48,574 bases of DNA. Origin: a virus (Duplodnaviria; Heunggongvirae; Uroviricota; Caudoviricetes). The notes below the pieces were generated by a model. That model did no database searches. It was given only the letters and a program-made list of their open reading frames with translations, and was not told the origin of the DNA. The position numbers and the translations under genes are program-made. This document shows positions 29,129 through 39,954 of the stretch, in pieces. Location of the stretch: the IMG/VR virus record IMGVR_UViG_2734482555_000011; one strand, written 5' to 3'. How positions within the stretch are numbered: the stretch's first letter is position 1; every line of letters starts with the position of its first letter.

Positions 29129-29188
29129 ATTGCTGCGATCCGGATGGTGAGCAGCGTAACTGTCGGAAGACTTAAACCAGGTACTAAT

Positions 29189-29953
29189 ATGAAACTGAAA
29201 ACGGTCGAGATTAACGGAAAACAATACGCAGAAATTGATACTGCTGGCCTGCCAGTTTATGTGCACGACGATGGTAAAGAAATTGGCTTCGATGCACCGC
29301 TGGCGACAAAAAAAATTACAGAGCTTAATGGCGAGGCAAAAAATCATCGCCTGGCTAAAGAAGCTGCAGAGGAAAAACTGGCTAAGTTTGCCGCTATCGA
29401 AGACCCGAAGAAGGCGATCGAGGCACTGGAAATGCTGTCAAAAATCGACCAGAAAAAGCTGCTCGATGCGGGACAGGTTGACCAGGTTAAGGCAGAAATT
29501 ACGAAAAATTTTCAGCAGCAATTAGATGAAGAAAAGCAACGCTCTCAGATGCTGGAGAAGCAGCTTTACGATTCTATGATTGGCGGTAGTTTTGCGGGTT
29601 CAAAATATATTGCCGATAAAATTGCGATCCCGGCAGATTTATTACAAGCCCGCTTCGGGCAGGCATTCAAAGTGGAAGAAGGGAGGATCGTTGCTTATGA
29701 CGCTTCCGGCAACAAAATTTATTCCCGCGCGAAGCCTGGCGAACTGGCGCAGTTTGATGAGGCGCTGGAGTTCCTTGTCGAAAATTACCCTCAGAAAGAC
29801 TACATCCTGAAAGCCAGTGGCAACAATGGCGGCGGCTCCCGTCCGACACAGCATGATATTGGTCAGAAAACGATGAAACGCTCTGCTTTTGATGCACTGG
29901 ATGTTGCAGGTAAGCAAAACGCATTGAAAGACGGTATCACAATCGTTGATTAA
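29189..29953 (+). CDS. Scaffolding-like protein
   Basis: Track ORF 29117..29953; start MKLKTVEINGK... chosen because the upstream part overlaps a terminator hairpin. E/K/A-rich helical sequence between head-morphogenesis and capsid genes. Confidence 0.5.
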   Translation: MKLKTVEINGKQYAEIDTAGLPVYVHDDGKEIGFDAPLATKKITELNGEAKNHRLAKEAAEEKLAKFAAIEDPKKAIEALEMLSKIDQKKLLDAGQVDQVKAEITKNFQQQLDEEKQRSQMLEKQLYDSMIGGSFAGSKYIADKIAIPADLLQARFGQAFKVEEGRIVAYDASGNKIYSRAKPGELAQFDEALEFLVENYPQKDYILKASGNNGGGSRPTQHDIGQKTMKRSAFDALDVAGKQNALKDGITIVD

Positions 29954-30051
29954 CACATTTGTCAGCTTCCGGATGGGAGCTGGTGTCAGGGCTGGATAGC
30001 TCATTACTCCATCTATTCACAATTACGCAAATTTTTAAGGAATATTTAATT

Positions 30052-31191
30052 ATGGCTGGAAATACCCTGACCGGGTTGATCCCGACTATTTATACCGCCC
30101 TGGATGTTGTATCCCGTGAGCAGGTAGGTTTTATCCCTGCGGTAGCAAAAAACGCAAAAGCTGACGCCGCAGCAAAAGATCAGACGGTAACCGCGCCAGT
30201 TGCGCCTGAGGCGAAAACCGAAGATATCGTACCGGGGCCGTCAGCTCCGAATACCGGTGATCAAAATATTGGCACTGTTGATGTAAAAATTACTAAATCC
30301 AAAATGGCACCGGTTAAATGGAATGGTGAAGAACAACTGGCTCTTGGCCCTTCAGGGACTTACAACACCATTCTGGCTGATCAGTTCAAGCAGGCTTTTC
30401 GCGCCCTTGCAAACGAGGTTGAGGCTGATCTTGGTGCGTTGTATTTCGGTGCTTCCCGCGCCGTGGGAACCGCAGGGACAACGCCGTTTGGTGTTAAAGA
30501 TGATCTTTCTGATGCTGCTCTGGCTCGTCAGGTTCTGGAGGATAACGGCGCACCGACAACCGATCTGCAGATGGTGCTTGGCTCCACTGCCATTGCTAAT
30601 TTGCGCGGAAAACAGTCTGTATTGTTTAAAGTGAATGAATCCGGCACTGAACAGCTACTGCGTGAGGGCGTGTTGGGGCGTCTGGAGGGATTCAATATTC
30701 ACAGTTCGGCAGGTGTGAAACGAGCGCCAAAGGTTGCTGCAACTGGTTATCTCGTGAATGGAGAGAAAAAAGAAGGCGATGTTCTTATTTCCATTGATAC
30801 TGGTTCGGGGAGTATTTCTGCAGGTCAGATTGTTACGTTCGCTGGTGATCCGAATCAGTATGTTGTGGCAGCAGCGACCAGCAATCTGATTACTCTTGCA
30901 GCGCCCGGACTGCGTCAGGATCTGGCCGATGATACTGCCATCACAGTTGTTGGGGCCTTTACTGCAAATATGGCGTTTGATCGCAACGCGTTTCTGCTGG
31001 CATCCCGTACTCCGGCAATGCCGGAAGGTGGCGATAATGCTGATGATGTAATGAATGTTACGGACCCGATTTCAGGGATTACGTTCCAGATTGCACTGTA
31101 TCGTCAGTATCGCCAGGTGCGCTATGAAGTTGGACTGGCATGGGGTGTTTCATCAGTGAAGCCGGCACATGGTTGTCTGATTCTTGGTTAA
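30052..31191 (+). CDS. Major capsid protein
   Basis: Track ORF 29959..31191; start MAGNTLTGLIPTIYTAL... after AAGGA; about 379 aa; followed by a strong terminator. Confidence 0.65.
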   Translation: MAGNTLTGLIPTIYTALDVVSREQVGFIPAVAKNAKADAAAKDQTVTAPVAPEAKTEDIVPGPSAPNTGDQNIGTVDVKITKSKMAPVKWNGEEQLALGPSGTYNTILADQFKQAFRALANEVEADLGALYFGASRAVGTAGTTPFGVKDDLSDAALARQVLEDNGAPTTDLQMVLGSTAIANLRGKQSVLFKVNESGTEQLLREGVLGRLEGFNIHSSAGVKRAPKVAATGYLVNGEKKEGDVLISIDTGSGSISAGQIVTFAGDPNQYVVAAATSNLITLAAPGLRQDLADDTAITVVGAFTANMAFDRNAFLLASRTPAMPEGGDNADDVMNVTDPISGITFQIALYRQYRQVRYEVGLAWGVSSVKPAHGCLILG

Positions 31192-31201
31192 ACATTCAAA
31201 C

Positions 31202-31221
31202 GGGGCTTCGGCCCCATTTTT
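31202..31221 (+). terminator. Intrinsic terminator after the capsid gene
   Basis: GGGGC / TTCG / GCCCC followed by ATTTTT. Confidence 0.6.
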
Positions 31222-31233
31222 AATGGGGGGCAT

Positions 31234-31413
31234 ATGGCCGGATTAACTAAAGAGCAAAGAGCACAGCGTGAAGCCGCACAAAAAACGCAAATTGAGTTAG
31301 TGGTTATGGTGACCGATTATCAGATGTTTCCCGGCGCACCAACTATCGCTAATGTTCATCCTGATGAAGTTGACAACTGGAAGGCTATGGGCTGGAAAAC
31401 TCAGGAGTAACAC
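31234..31413 (+). CDS. Small hypothetical protein (59 aa)
   Basis: Manual translation MAGLTKEQRAQREAAQKTQIELVVMVTDYQMFPGAPTIANVHPDEVDNWKAMGWKTQE; fills the gap between capsid terminator and next gene exactly; under the track threshold. Confidence 0.4.
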
Positions 31414-31809
31414 ATGATCACTTACGTGACCTGTGATGACGTTGATAATGCGTTTGGGAACGCCTGGACGAGTGAGAACGCTAAAAATAAAGCTGTTTTA
31501 ATGGCTAATGCCTGGCTTAATGGCTTCAACCTGAAAATTAACCCATCCCGTATTCCGGAAGAGGTAAAACTTGCGGGAGCATATGCAGCCAGAATTGCCT
31601 CATTCGGTAAGTTGTTTCAGCAGAAAAATGATTCTGGCGTTGTTATCAGTAAAGCCGTGTCGGCTGACGGGGTCAGTGTATCGAAATCATTTTCTGAGTT
31701 GCCAGCAAACAGCACTGCATTGCTTGAACCCGATTTACAGCTTGCGATAGCACTGCTGAAACCGTACGGACTTAGTCGCTCACAAGTCAGGGTTGTGAGG
31801 GGGGGATAA
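31414..31809 (+). CDS. Head-tail connector / head completion protein (putative)
   Basis: 131-aa ORF in a tightly packed operon between capsid and tail genes; assigned by position only. Confidence 0.5.
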   Translation: MITYVTCDDVDNAFGNAWTSENAKNKAVLMANAWLNGFNLKINPSRIPEEVKLAGAYAARIASFGKLFQQKNDSGVVISKAVSADGVSVSKSFSELPANSTALLEPDLQLAIALLKPYGLSRSQVRVVRGG

Positions 31810-32192
31810 TGGGGCTTCGTGAAGAGATTCAGTCAGAGGTTGCCGCTGCTTTTGATGAGGATTTAGCGGACGCCGTGAGTGATTTTTCTGGTTCTTACGT
31901 TACGCACCGGCACTGGGATCCTGTGACGGAAACTGGCGGCGAATCAACCGCAATCTATACCGGGCGAGGCGTGTTGACACGTTATAAGCTGGGCAGAATT
32001 GATGGGATTAATATTTTGCATGGTGACCTTAAATTAACCGCTCTGGTATGCGAGGTTACGGATAAACCAGCTGTCGACCATATTATTGAGATTTATGATC
32101 CTGTATCAAGGCAGTTACAACGATACGAGGTAATTACAGCAAGTGTAGATCCTTCCGCATCAGTTTACTCTATCCAGTTAAGGAGAGCGTAA
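31809..32192 (+). CDS. Head-tail joining protein (putative)
   Basis: 127-aa ORF, ATGA overlap with the upstream gene; by position. Confidence 0.5.
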   Translation: MGLREEIQSEVAAAFDEDLADAVSDFSGSYVTHRHWDPVTETGGESTAIYTGRGVLTRYKLGRIDGINILHGDLKLTALVCEVTDKPAVDHIIEIYDPVSRQLQRYEVITASVDPSASVYSIQLRRA

Positions 32193-32573
32193 ATGGCAAA
32201 GGCATGGGATATAGAACCGTCAATATTTGCCGGGATGATTGAGGAAGATGTAGGGCTGAAGATTCGCTACATCGCTATGCAGATTCTTACTGCTATTGAT
32301 ATTGCTGCTCCGGTTGATACCGGACGTTTCAGAAATAACAACCTGGTGTCGTTACAGCATCCCGATTTTGGTATATCTGATAACGTGGATCCGAACGGTA
32401 CGATTGCTGTTCAGCGTGGGATCGGGGTTATTTCGAAAGCTGCAAATTACGGGGTTATTTATATCCAGAATAACCTTCCTTATGCAGAGGCTCTTGAAAA
32501 CGGTCATTCACAACAAGCGCCAACTGGCGTGTATGCCAACGCTTTTCATGGTGTTTTACAGGCTTACAAATGA
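32193..32573 (+). CDS. Tail completion / neck protein (putative)
   Basis: 126-aa ORF; by position. Confidence 0.5.
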   Translation: MAKAWDIEPSIFAGMIEEDVGLKIRYIAMQILTAIDIAAPVDTGRFRNNNLVSLQHPDFGISDNVDPNGTIAVQRGIGVISKAANYGVIYIQNNLPYAEALENGHSQQAPTGVYANAFHGVLQAYK

Positions 32574-32962
32574 AGTTTACTGAAATCAGAAATACGGTTA
32601 TTTCCAGAATGACGGCACAGACGATTATTGATGGAAAAGACGTATTGTATCCGAACGGGCCAACGTTCGATCCTTCCGGTAAGTTAATCTGGGCGCGGTT
32701 AAGTAATATTCCCGGGCAGGCTGGAGTTAATGAAATTGGCGCGGGGCCGGTTGTTTATCGCACGGGGATAATCATTATTCAGTTATTTGTCCCCGCAGGT
32801 TCTGGTTCAAAACTCATTACTGAGACAGCCGATAAATTGCGGGAACTGTTTGAGTTTCAGGATGACGATCGTCTCAGTTACCAGGCTGTTTCCTCAATAG
32901 CCGTTGGCGAAAAGAATGGCTGGTTCCAGCTTAATCTTCAAATTCCATATCGCGCGCTCTAG
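32570..32962 (+). CDS. Tail terminator-like protein (putative)
   Basis: 130-aa ORF, overlapping start, directly upstream of the major tail protein; by position. Confidence 0.5.
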   Translation: MKFTEIRNTVISRMTAQTIIDGKDVLYPNGPTFDPSGKLIWARLSNIPGQAGVNEIGAGPVVYRTGIIIIQLFVPAGSGSKLITETADKLRELFEFQDDDRLSYQAVSSIAVGEKNGWFQLNLQIPYRAL

Positions 32963-32988
32963 CGCAATTAATGACATAGGAGGCTCCT

Positions 32989-33951
32989 GTGAGTTCAGGT
33001 GCAAAGGTTATCTCGGCATTTATCCGGGAGACGGTTGCAGGCACTACGCCAGCAAGTGGTGACTGGAGTTTATTAAAACGCACAAGCTGGGGAGTAAAAC
33101 CCACCCAGAATAAAGGCGAAAATAATGAGATTGGTGGCTCCCGGATGGCTCAGGGGGCGACGCCTGGCACTGTGGATGTCGGCGGTGATGTTGGTACCAA
33201 ATTTCGCTGGGGTCAACATGATGATTTTCTTGCATCCTGTTTCGGCGCGGAATGGTCAGGCGATTCTCTGACAATGGGGAATGAGCGAATAACATTTTCT
33301 CTGGCGACCTATGCGTCCGATGTCGGAATTGCCTCTGTCGTCAGAGGAGCGCAGGTTGGCTCATGGAAAATGCAGATCCCTAACGACGGCGATATTACAG
33401 CGACCGTAACCTTTGCCGGACTGGACTGGGAATCAAAGGCCGATGATACGAATTTTATCAAAGGCGAACCTGTGGATAGTGCAGGAAAGCTACGTTATTC
33501 GTTTAAGGAGGTTTCAGCAGTAAGCCTGAATGGTGTTGCCGGAGGTAACGGTTTTTGTATCGACAGTTTTGATATTCAGTTCGATAACAAACTCCAGACA
33601 CAGCGTTGTATCGGGACTGGCTCGCCTTATGCAGGAGCAAATATTCCGACTACTTTTACACCGTCCGGTACGGTGACGCTTTCATGGTCTAAAGCCGCGT
33701 GGGAAATCTGGAGTAAAACACTGACTGGAGAAACAGTTCCGTTCAGCTTCACGCTTTCGAATGGAGAGGGGGCATACACTTTCAGTTTCCCGAAGGTTCA
33801 GGTGTCAGGTGAATGGCCTGATGGGGGTAATAGCGACATTATCCAGGTTCAATTGAGCATTACCGCAGCAGATGAAGCACCTACGATAACCAGAAAAAAA
33901 AATTCCCCGGCTGCCGTGATCGCAAAAGCCAGTGCTGAGGCGATTAGTTGA
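32989..33951 (+). CDS. Major tail (tube) protein
   Basis: 320-aa ORF with GTG start after AGGAGG, immediately upstream of the chaperone pair and tape measure. Confidence 0.6.
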   Translation: MSSGAKVISAFIRETVAGTTPASGDWSLLKRTSWGVKPTQNKGENNEIGGSRMAQGATPGTVDVGGDVGTKFRWGQHDDFLASCFGAEWSGDSLTMGNERITFSLATYASDVGIASVVRGAQVGSWKMQIPNDGDITATVTFAGLDWESKADDTNFIKGEPVDSAGKLRYSFKEVSAVSLNGVAGGNGFCIDSFDIQFDNKLQTQRCIGTGSPYAGANIPTTFTPSGTVTLSWSKAAWEIWSKTLTGETVPFSFTLSNGEGAYTFSFPKVQVSGEWPDGGNSDIIQVQLSITAADEAPTITRKKNSPAAVIAKASAEAIS

Positions 33952-33999
33952 TTTTCCGTTATTCCTCCTGTGGTACTGCCCTACAGGGGGACGCATTGA

Positions 34000-34461
34000 A
34001 TGAGGTTATGGATGTTTATTCTTAATCAGAAAATTATCATTGGTGGAGAACGCTGGTTTACGCCAATGAAGGACTTAAAACCTGTAGACGGGTTAAAACT
34101 GTTGGTGGCAAGCAGCGATAACGATCAGTATCGCTCCCGTAATGCATTAATCCGTCGCCACATTGAGAAAATGGATGCCAGTTTGCACGTCGGAACGAAG
34201 GAGTTTGATATTTCAAAGGTTTCCGAGGTGGATTCTGTTGATGATTTACTCATTGATAATGCCGCTCGTTATCTGCTGAAAGACTGGAAAGGGGTTGGTG
34301 AACTGGTTAATGGTGTTGAGGTTGCACTGGAATATACGGCAGAACGAGGGATCGCGCTGCTTAAGCAGAATCCAGAGTTGTACTGGCAGATCCTTGCAGA
34401 AGCAGCCAGCATCGCCCAGGGTAAAGAGCAGCAGAAGCAGGATACGATAAAAAAGCCATAG
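34000..34461 (+). CDS. Tail assembly chaperone (gpG-like)
   Basis: 153-aa ORF after AGGGGGA, ending at TAG 34459-34461 just after an A_AAA_AAG heptamer; directly upstream of tape measure. Confidence 0.65.
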   Translation: MRLWMFILNQKIIIGGERWFTPMKDLKPVDGLKLLVASSDNDQYRSRNALIRRHIEKMDASLHVGTKEFDISKVSEVDSVDDLLIDNAARYLLKDWKGVGELVNGVEVALEYTAERGIALLKQNPELYWQILAEAASIAQGKEQQKQDTIKKP

Positions 34462-34769
34462 CTGCCCAGCGGTGGTTATCGGAGTTCGGGGGAGAAAGGG
34501 GGGAAAAGGCAAGATGGAAGCGAGAAAAACTCAGGTTGCCACCGATACCGGAACCAGAAATAGACCCGGTGCTTAAGGAGTTGTTGTACGCCTATTCGGT
34601 AATATCCCGTGCCCGACGTTATGCTGGAATGGCTGGGGTGCCTTTGCCTTTATCTCTGACAGAGATAAATGAATATTTAGCCACTCATCCGGTATTGATT
34701 GAGCGCGATGAATTTGAAGCAGTGATCTTTGCACTGGATGACCAGTATTTTCAGGAGCAGTGTGTGTAG
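34000..34769 (+). CDS. Tail assembly chaperone fusion (gpGT-like) by -1 frameshift at 34449-34455
   Basis: Slippery heptamer A AAA AAG at 34449-34455 in the G frame; the -1 frame is open from 34425 to TAG at 34767-34769 (track ORF 34536..34769 is its ATG-initiated tail). Confidence 0.55.
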
Positions 34770-34934
34770 TTGTTAATTACGTACACTCTGTTACAGAGAT
34801 GTGATGGTGTCTTTAATTAAATCGATGATGCTCCTGGAGAAAAGCATTGCGTGGCCTCGTAATCGCTATATCTACTATTATGTCGCCTGAAACCCACTTC
34901 GCGGTGGGTTTTTTGTTGTCAGGAGTTTTAATAA

Positions 34935-37900
34935 ATGGCAGAGCAAACCTCGCGTCTCGCAATAATTATTGATAGCACTGGAGCGAAAAATAATGCTGAC
35001 AATCTGACCTCCTCATTAGTCAAAATGACGCAGGCTGGGGAAACTGCTGCAAATAGCGCAGGGAAAGTGACTAAGGCAACAGAAGATGAGAAGAACGCGC
35101 TCGCAAAATTAAAAGCAGCTATTGATCCAGTTGGTGCCGCAATTGATACTGTCGGTCGACGCTATTCTGAATTAAAGAAATTTTTCGATAAAGGGCTTAT
35201 TGATAAAGAAGAATATGAATTTCTTGTCCGTAAACTTAATGAAACCACAGAGGAATTGAGCGGGGTTGCGCAAGCGCAGAGAGAAGCCGAGAAGGCCGGA
35301 AAACTTGCTGCCGCCCAGCAGGAAGCGCAGGCTCAGGCCTTTCAAAGAATGCTGGACAAGATCGACCCTCTGGCTGCGGCGCTAAGAAATCTTGAACAAC
35401 AGCATGATGAACTTAATGCTGCGTTTGCATCCGGGAAAATAAATGGTTCTCAGTTTGAGAATTATAGCCGAAAAATACAGGAAACACGGCGAGAGCTTAC
35501 CGGAGAGGCTCAGGCAGAGCGAGAAGCAGCAAAAGCGCATGATGAACAGGTTGTTGCTTTGCAACGTCTGATTGCTCAACTTGATCCTGTCGGAACTGCT
35601 TTTAATCGTCTGGTAGAACAACAGAAACAGCTCAATGAAGCAAAAGCTAAGGGGATGCTTTCTCCTGAAATGTATGAGGAGCTTTCTGGAAAACTTCGTG
35701 CTATGCGGAGTGAGCTTGAGGTTACTCAATCACAATTAAGCAAAACCGGAATGTCGGCAAAACAAACGGCTTTTGCTATGCGCATGTTGCCTGTACAAAT
35801 GACGGATATTGTTGTTGGGTTGTCCACTGGTCAGTCGCCATTTATGGTGTTAATGCAGCAGGGCGGCCAGCTAAAAGATATGTTCGGTGGGATTGGCCCG
35901 GCGATCAAAGGTGTAGGTTCTTATGTGCTGGGATTAATTAATCCTTTTACCCTGGCCGCAGCAGCCGTTGGGGTCTTAGGACTGGCTTACTATAAAGGCT
36001 CTCAGGAGCAGGACGAATTTAATAAATCTCTTATTCTTACCGGAAATCAGTTGGGGACAACCAGCGGGCAATTGGGCGATATAGCTCAACGTGCCGGGAA
36101 TGCGGCTGATTCGACAACTGGTGCTGCGGCGGCAGTATTAAATCAGCTTGTGCGTTCGGGAAAGGTAGCGAGCAGTTCGCTGGAGCAAGTGACGACAGCG
36201 ATAGTAAAAACGAGCGAAGTAACAGGAATATCAACCGAACAACTGGTTAATGACTTCAATGAAATTGCAAAGGATCCTGTCAGTGCCATATCAAAACTTA
36301 ATGATCAGTACCATTTTCTGACACTTGCGACTTATAACCAGATTAAGGCGCTACAGGATGAAGGGAACCAGCAGGAGGCCGCCCGCATTGCGACAGAAGA
36401 ATACTCATCCTCAATGATCCAGCGCACCAACCAGATTAAAGAAAATCTTGGTTATCTTGAGACTGCATGGAAAGCTGTCGCAGACTCCGCAAAATGGGCA
36501 TGGGATTCCATGCTGGATATTGGCCGTGAGGCCTCCCTTGATCAAAAAATCTCAGATGTTCTCCGTCAAATTGATGAAATAGAAAAAAATACCCGACCCG
36601 GAGTTTTCGGGTTAGGTGGCATTGGAGATGGCGGAGCTCAAAATAAAAGGCTGGCACGATTAAAGCAGCAATTGGGCGTACTTCAAGCAGAAAAAATTGC
36701 TCAGGACGTACTAAATTCATCAATAAACGATTACAACAAGCGACAACAGGAAGGAATTGAACTCAGACAGAGAGCAGATGCCTTTTCAAAACAATATCAG
36801 ACCCGGGAGCAGCAGAGAGCTAGTGAACTTGCAAAACTGGAAAAGCTAAAGAATCAGTATTCAAAGGAAGAATATAATAATCTTATCGCTCAAATAAATG
36901 AGCGTTATAAAGATCCAAAGCAACCAAAGGCGAAAGGTTATTCTGATGATGCAGCCCAACGAATGATTGATCATCTGAATCAACAGAATGCGTTACTAAG
37001 TTCACAAGCTGAGTTGACCGTTAAATTAAGTTCCTCTGAACAGGAACTGGTTAAGTGGCGTCAGCGGATTGCCGACCTAGAGTCACGACCATCATCGAAA
37101 TTAACCCAGGATCAGAAATCGCTTCTCTTACACCGGGAAGAAATAACCACGTTGATGGAGAAAAATGTTGCGATTGAAAAAAATAACAGGCTAATCAAGG
37201 AATCCGCCGAAATAACAGCATGGCGTGATTCATTGCAGGCTTCGATTGATAATCGTCAGCAGGGGTATGATATTCAGATTGCTGGTTATGGGGTTGGCGA
37301 TAAAAATCAGCAACGCCAGCAGGAATTACTGCGGATTGAACATGGATATAACAATCAGCGTCTGCAACTTGAACGTGACTATGCAGATAAATCCCGTGGA
37401 ATGTCAGATCATGTTTTTCAAGAGAAAATGCAGGCTCTGAATGATGCTCTGGAACGGGAAAAAGAAATTGTCAGACAGAAAAACGAGCAGCTCGATATTC
37501 AGGCAGGAGACTGGGTTAGTGGTGCCTCCCAGGGATTCAATAACTGGCTGGATGACACTAAGGATATCAGTGAGCAGATAAAATCAACCACGACTCAGAT
37601 GTTTGATGGGATGACCGATGCGCTGGGTGATTTTGTCACGACAGGCAAGGCAAATTTTCGTTCTTTCGCTACTTCCGTGATTTCGGATCTTAGTCGAATA
37701 GCATTAAAGGCTTCAATTACTGGGATTTTCGACAGCATTAGTAACAGTTCTTCTGGGGGGATTTTAGGAACTATCGGGAGTGCTATTAGTAAATTTATTC
37801 CGAATGCAAAGGGCGGTGTTTATGAGTCTCCGTCATTGAGCACGTATTCGAACGGTATTTATGATTCCCCGCAATTTTTTGCTTTTGCAAAAGGGGCTGG

Positions 37901-38168
37901 TGTTTTTGGTGAGGCTGGACCGGAAGCCATTATGCCATTAACACGAACTTCCGATGGTTCTCTTGGTGTCAGAGCTATTAATAGTAAAAGTGGTAATGGA
38001 GGCGGAGATATTACCTATGCCCCTGTATACCAAATCACTATTCAAAATGACGGCCAGAATGGAGAGATTGGCCCTCAGGCAATAAAAGCACTTATGGGGA
38101 TGGTTGATCAGCGGGTGCAGGGCAATCTGTTAAATATGCGACGTGATGGGGGAATGTTAAGTGGCTAA
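34935..38168 (+). CDS. Tail tape measure protein
   Basis: 1077-aa ORF with long coiled-coil N-terminal half and glycine-rich C-terminal region, in canonical position. Confidence 0.85.
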   Translation: MAEQTSRLAIIIDSTGAKNNADNLTSSLVKMTQAGETAANSAGKVTKATEDEKNALAKLKAAIDPVGAAIDTVGRRYSELKKFFDKGLIDKEEYEFLVRKLNETTEELSGVAQAQREAEKAGKLAAAQQEAQAQAFQRMLDKIDPLAAALRNLEQQHDELNAAFASGKINGSQFENYSRKIQETRRELTGEAQAEREAAKAHDEQVVALQRLIAQLDPVGTAFNRLVEQQKQLNEAKAKGMLSPEMYEELSGKLRAMRSELEVTQSQLSKTGMSAKQTAFAMRMLPVQMTDIVVGLSTGQSPFMVLMQQGGQLKDMFGGIGPAIKGVGSYVLGLINPFTLAAAAVGVLGLAYYKGSQEQDEFNKSLILTGNQLGTTSGQLGDIAQRAGNAADSTTGAAAAVLNQLVRSGKVASSSLEQVTTAIVKTSEVTGISTEQLVNDFNEIAKDPVSAISKLNDQYHFLTLATYNQIKALQDEGNQQEAARIATEEYSSSMIQRTNQIKENLGYLETAWKAVADSAKWAWDSMLDIGREASLDQKISDVLRQIDEIEKNTRPGVFGLGGIGDGGAQNKRLARLKQQLGVLQAEKIAQDVLNSSINDYNKRQQEGIELRQRADAFSKQYQTREQQRASELAKLEKLKNQYSKEEYNNLIAQINERYKDPKQPKAKGYSDDAAQRMIDHLNQQNALLSSQAELTVKLSSSEQELVKWRQRIADLESRPSSKLTQDQKSLLLHREEITTLMEKNVAIEKNNRLIKESAEITAWRDSLQASIDNRQQGYDIQIAGYGVGDKNQQRQQELLRIEHGYNNQRLQLERDYADKSRGMSDHVFQEKMQALNDALEREKEIVRQKNEQLDIQAGDWVSGASQGFNNWLDDTKDISEQIKSTTTQMFDGMTDALGDFVTTGKANFRSFATSVISDLSRIALKASITGIFDSISNSSSGGILGTIGSAISKFIPNAKGGVYESPSLSTYSNGIYDSPQFFAFAKGAGVFGEAGPEAIMPLTRTSDGSLGVRAINSKSGNGGGDITYAPVYQITIQNDGQNGEIGPQAIKALMGMVDQRVQGNLLNMRRDGGMLSG

Positions 38169-38499
38169 TACGGAAGAATTTCACTGGTTACCAGAGGATG
38201 GAATGAAAACAGAAAATAAACCATCGATAAAAACTGTAAGATTTGGTGATGGTTATGAGCAACGAAGTCCAAATGGACTTAATCATTCTCTGCGCGTTTT
38301 CACCTGTGATTTCAAAGTTGAGGCGAATGAACGTGATTCATTTGAAAAATTTTTAGCCCGGCATGAAGGCTATAAATCTTTTTTTTGGCGCCCGCCGGGT
38401 ATTAACAGAAAAATCAGAGTGGTGTGTCGAACGTGGTCAGCGACAGAACATATCACCTATACCGATTTTTCGTGTCAGTTTGACGAAGTGGTGATCTGA
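38161..38499 (+). CDS. M: Minor tail protein M (lambda gpM-like)
   Basis: ...[18 protein letters not shown]...SFFWRPP...FDEVVI resembles lambda gpM as recalled. Track start is GTG at 38161; ATG at 38203 after GAGGATGGA is a plausible alternative. Confidence 0.75.
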   Translation: MANTEEFHWLPEDGMKTENKPSIKTVRFGDGYEQRSPNGLNHSLRVFTCDFKVEANERDSFEKFLARHEGYKSFFWRPPGINRKIRVVCRTWSATEHITYTDFSCQFDEVVI

Positions 38500-39086
38500 T
38501 GCAGGACATACAACAGGAAACGCTGAATGAATGCATTCGTGCGGAGCAGTCGGCCAGCGTGGTGCTCTGGGAAATCGACCTGACCGAGGTAGGCGGGGAT
38601 CGCTACTTTTTCTGCAATGAGCAGAACGAGAAAGGAGAGTCTGTCACCTGGCAGAGTCGGCAGTATCAGGCCTATCCCATTCAGGGGAGTGGATTTGAGA
38701 TGAACGGCAAAGGTGCCAGTGCAAGGCCAACGCTGAAAGTCTCTAATCTGCACGGCATGGTCACCGGGATGGCGGAAGACCTGCAGAGTCTGGTCGGCGG
38801 AACGGTGGTCAGGCGTAAGGTTTACGCCCGTTTTCTGGATGCGGTGAACTTCGTCAACGGAAACAGTGACGCCGATCCGGAGCAGGAGGTGATCAGCCGC
38901 TGGCGTATTGAGCAGTGCAGCGAACTGAGCGCGGTCAGTGCCTCCTTTGTACTGTCCACGCCGACGGAAACGGACGGCGCTGTTTTTCCGGGGCGCATCA
39001 TGCTTGCTAATACCTGCACCTGGACCTATCGCGGTGATGAGTGCGGTTATCACGGTCCGGCTGTCGCGGATGAATATGACCAGCCA
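38499..39086 (+). CDS. L: Minor tail protein L (lambda gpL-like), 3' end lost in N run
   Basis: [47 protein letters not shown]...ECGYHGPAVADEYDQP matches lambda gpL as recalled; runs into N block at 39087. Confidence 0.8.
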
Positions 39087-39336
39087 NNNNNNNNNNNNNN
39101 NNNNNNNNNNNNNNNNNNNNNNNNNNNNNNNNNNNNNNNNNNNNNNNNNNNNNNNNNNNNNNNNNNNNNNNNNNNNNNNNNNNNNNNNNNNNNNNNNNNN
39201 NNNNNNNNNNNNNNNNNNNNNNNNNNNNNNNNNNNNNNNNNNNNNNNNNNNNNNNNNNNNNNNNNNNNNNNNNNNNNNNNNNNNNNNNNNNNNNNNNNNN
39301 NNNNNNNNNNNNNNNNNNNNNNNNNNNNNNNNNNNN
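39087..39336. other. Run of N (250 nt), masked or unsequenced
   Basis: Literal n characters across the L/K junction. Confidence 1.
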
Positions 39337-39954
39337 CCGGAGGAGTATTTCCGGATGGCTCCGGAGGACTGGCTGCAGGCAGAGATGCAGGGTGAGATTG
39401 TGGCGCTGGTCCACAGCCACCCCGGTGGTCTGCCCTGGCTGAGTGAGGCCGACCGGCGGCTGCAGGTGCAGAGTGATTTGTCGTGGTGGCTGGTCTGCCG
39501 CGGGGCGATTCACAAGTTCCGCTGTGTGCCGCATCTCACCGGGCGGCGCTTTGAGCACGGGGTGACGGACTGTTACACGCTGTTCCGGGACGCTTACCAT
39601 CTGGCGGGAATTGAGATGCCAGATTTTCATCGTGAGGACGACTGGTGGCGTAATGGTCAGAATCTCTATCTGGATAATCTGGAGGCTACAGGGCTGTATC
39701 AGGTGCCGTTGTCAACGGCGCAGCCGGGCGATGTGCTGCTGTGCTGTTTTGGTTCATCGGTGCCGAATCATGCCGCCATTTACTGTGGTGACGGCGAGCT
39801 GCTGCACCATATTCCTGAACAACTGAGTAAACGAGAGAGGTACACCGACAAATGGCAGCGACGCACACACTCCCTCTGGCGTCACCGGGCATGGCACGCA
39901 TCTGCCTTTACGGGGATTTGCAGCGATTTGGCCGCCGCATCGACCTTCGTGTGA
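39337..39954 (+). CDS. K: Tail assembly protein K (lambda gpK-like), 5' end lost in N run
   Basis: Frame after the N block reads ...IVALVHSHPGG... (JAB/MPN-like HxH) and ...GVTDCYTLFRDAYHLAGIE...HAAIY (NlpC/P60-like Cys/His), ending at TGA 39952-39954. Confidence 0.8.
   Translation, partial: PEEYFRMAPEDWLQAEMQGEIVALVHSHPGGLPWLSEADRRLQVQSDLSWWLVCRGAIHKFRCVPHLTGRRFEHGVTDCYTLFRDAYHLAGIEMPDFHREDDWWRNGQNLYLDNLEATGLYQVPLSTAQPGDVLLCCFGSSVPNHAAIYCGDGELLHHIPEQLSKRERYTDKWQRRTHSLWRHRAWHASAFTGICSDLAAASTFV

Noticed and set aside
38938-39630. ORFs 38938..39954 (N-terminal part), 38475..39053 minus, 38822..39019 minus and 39007..39630 minus around the second N run
   Set aside because: They span the N block or lie antisense to the lambda-like L and K genes; the L and K frames explain the coding content.
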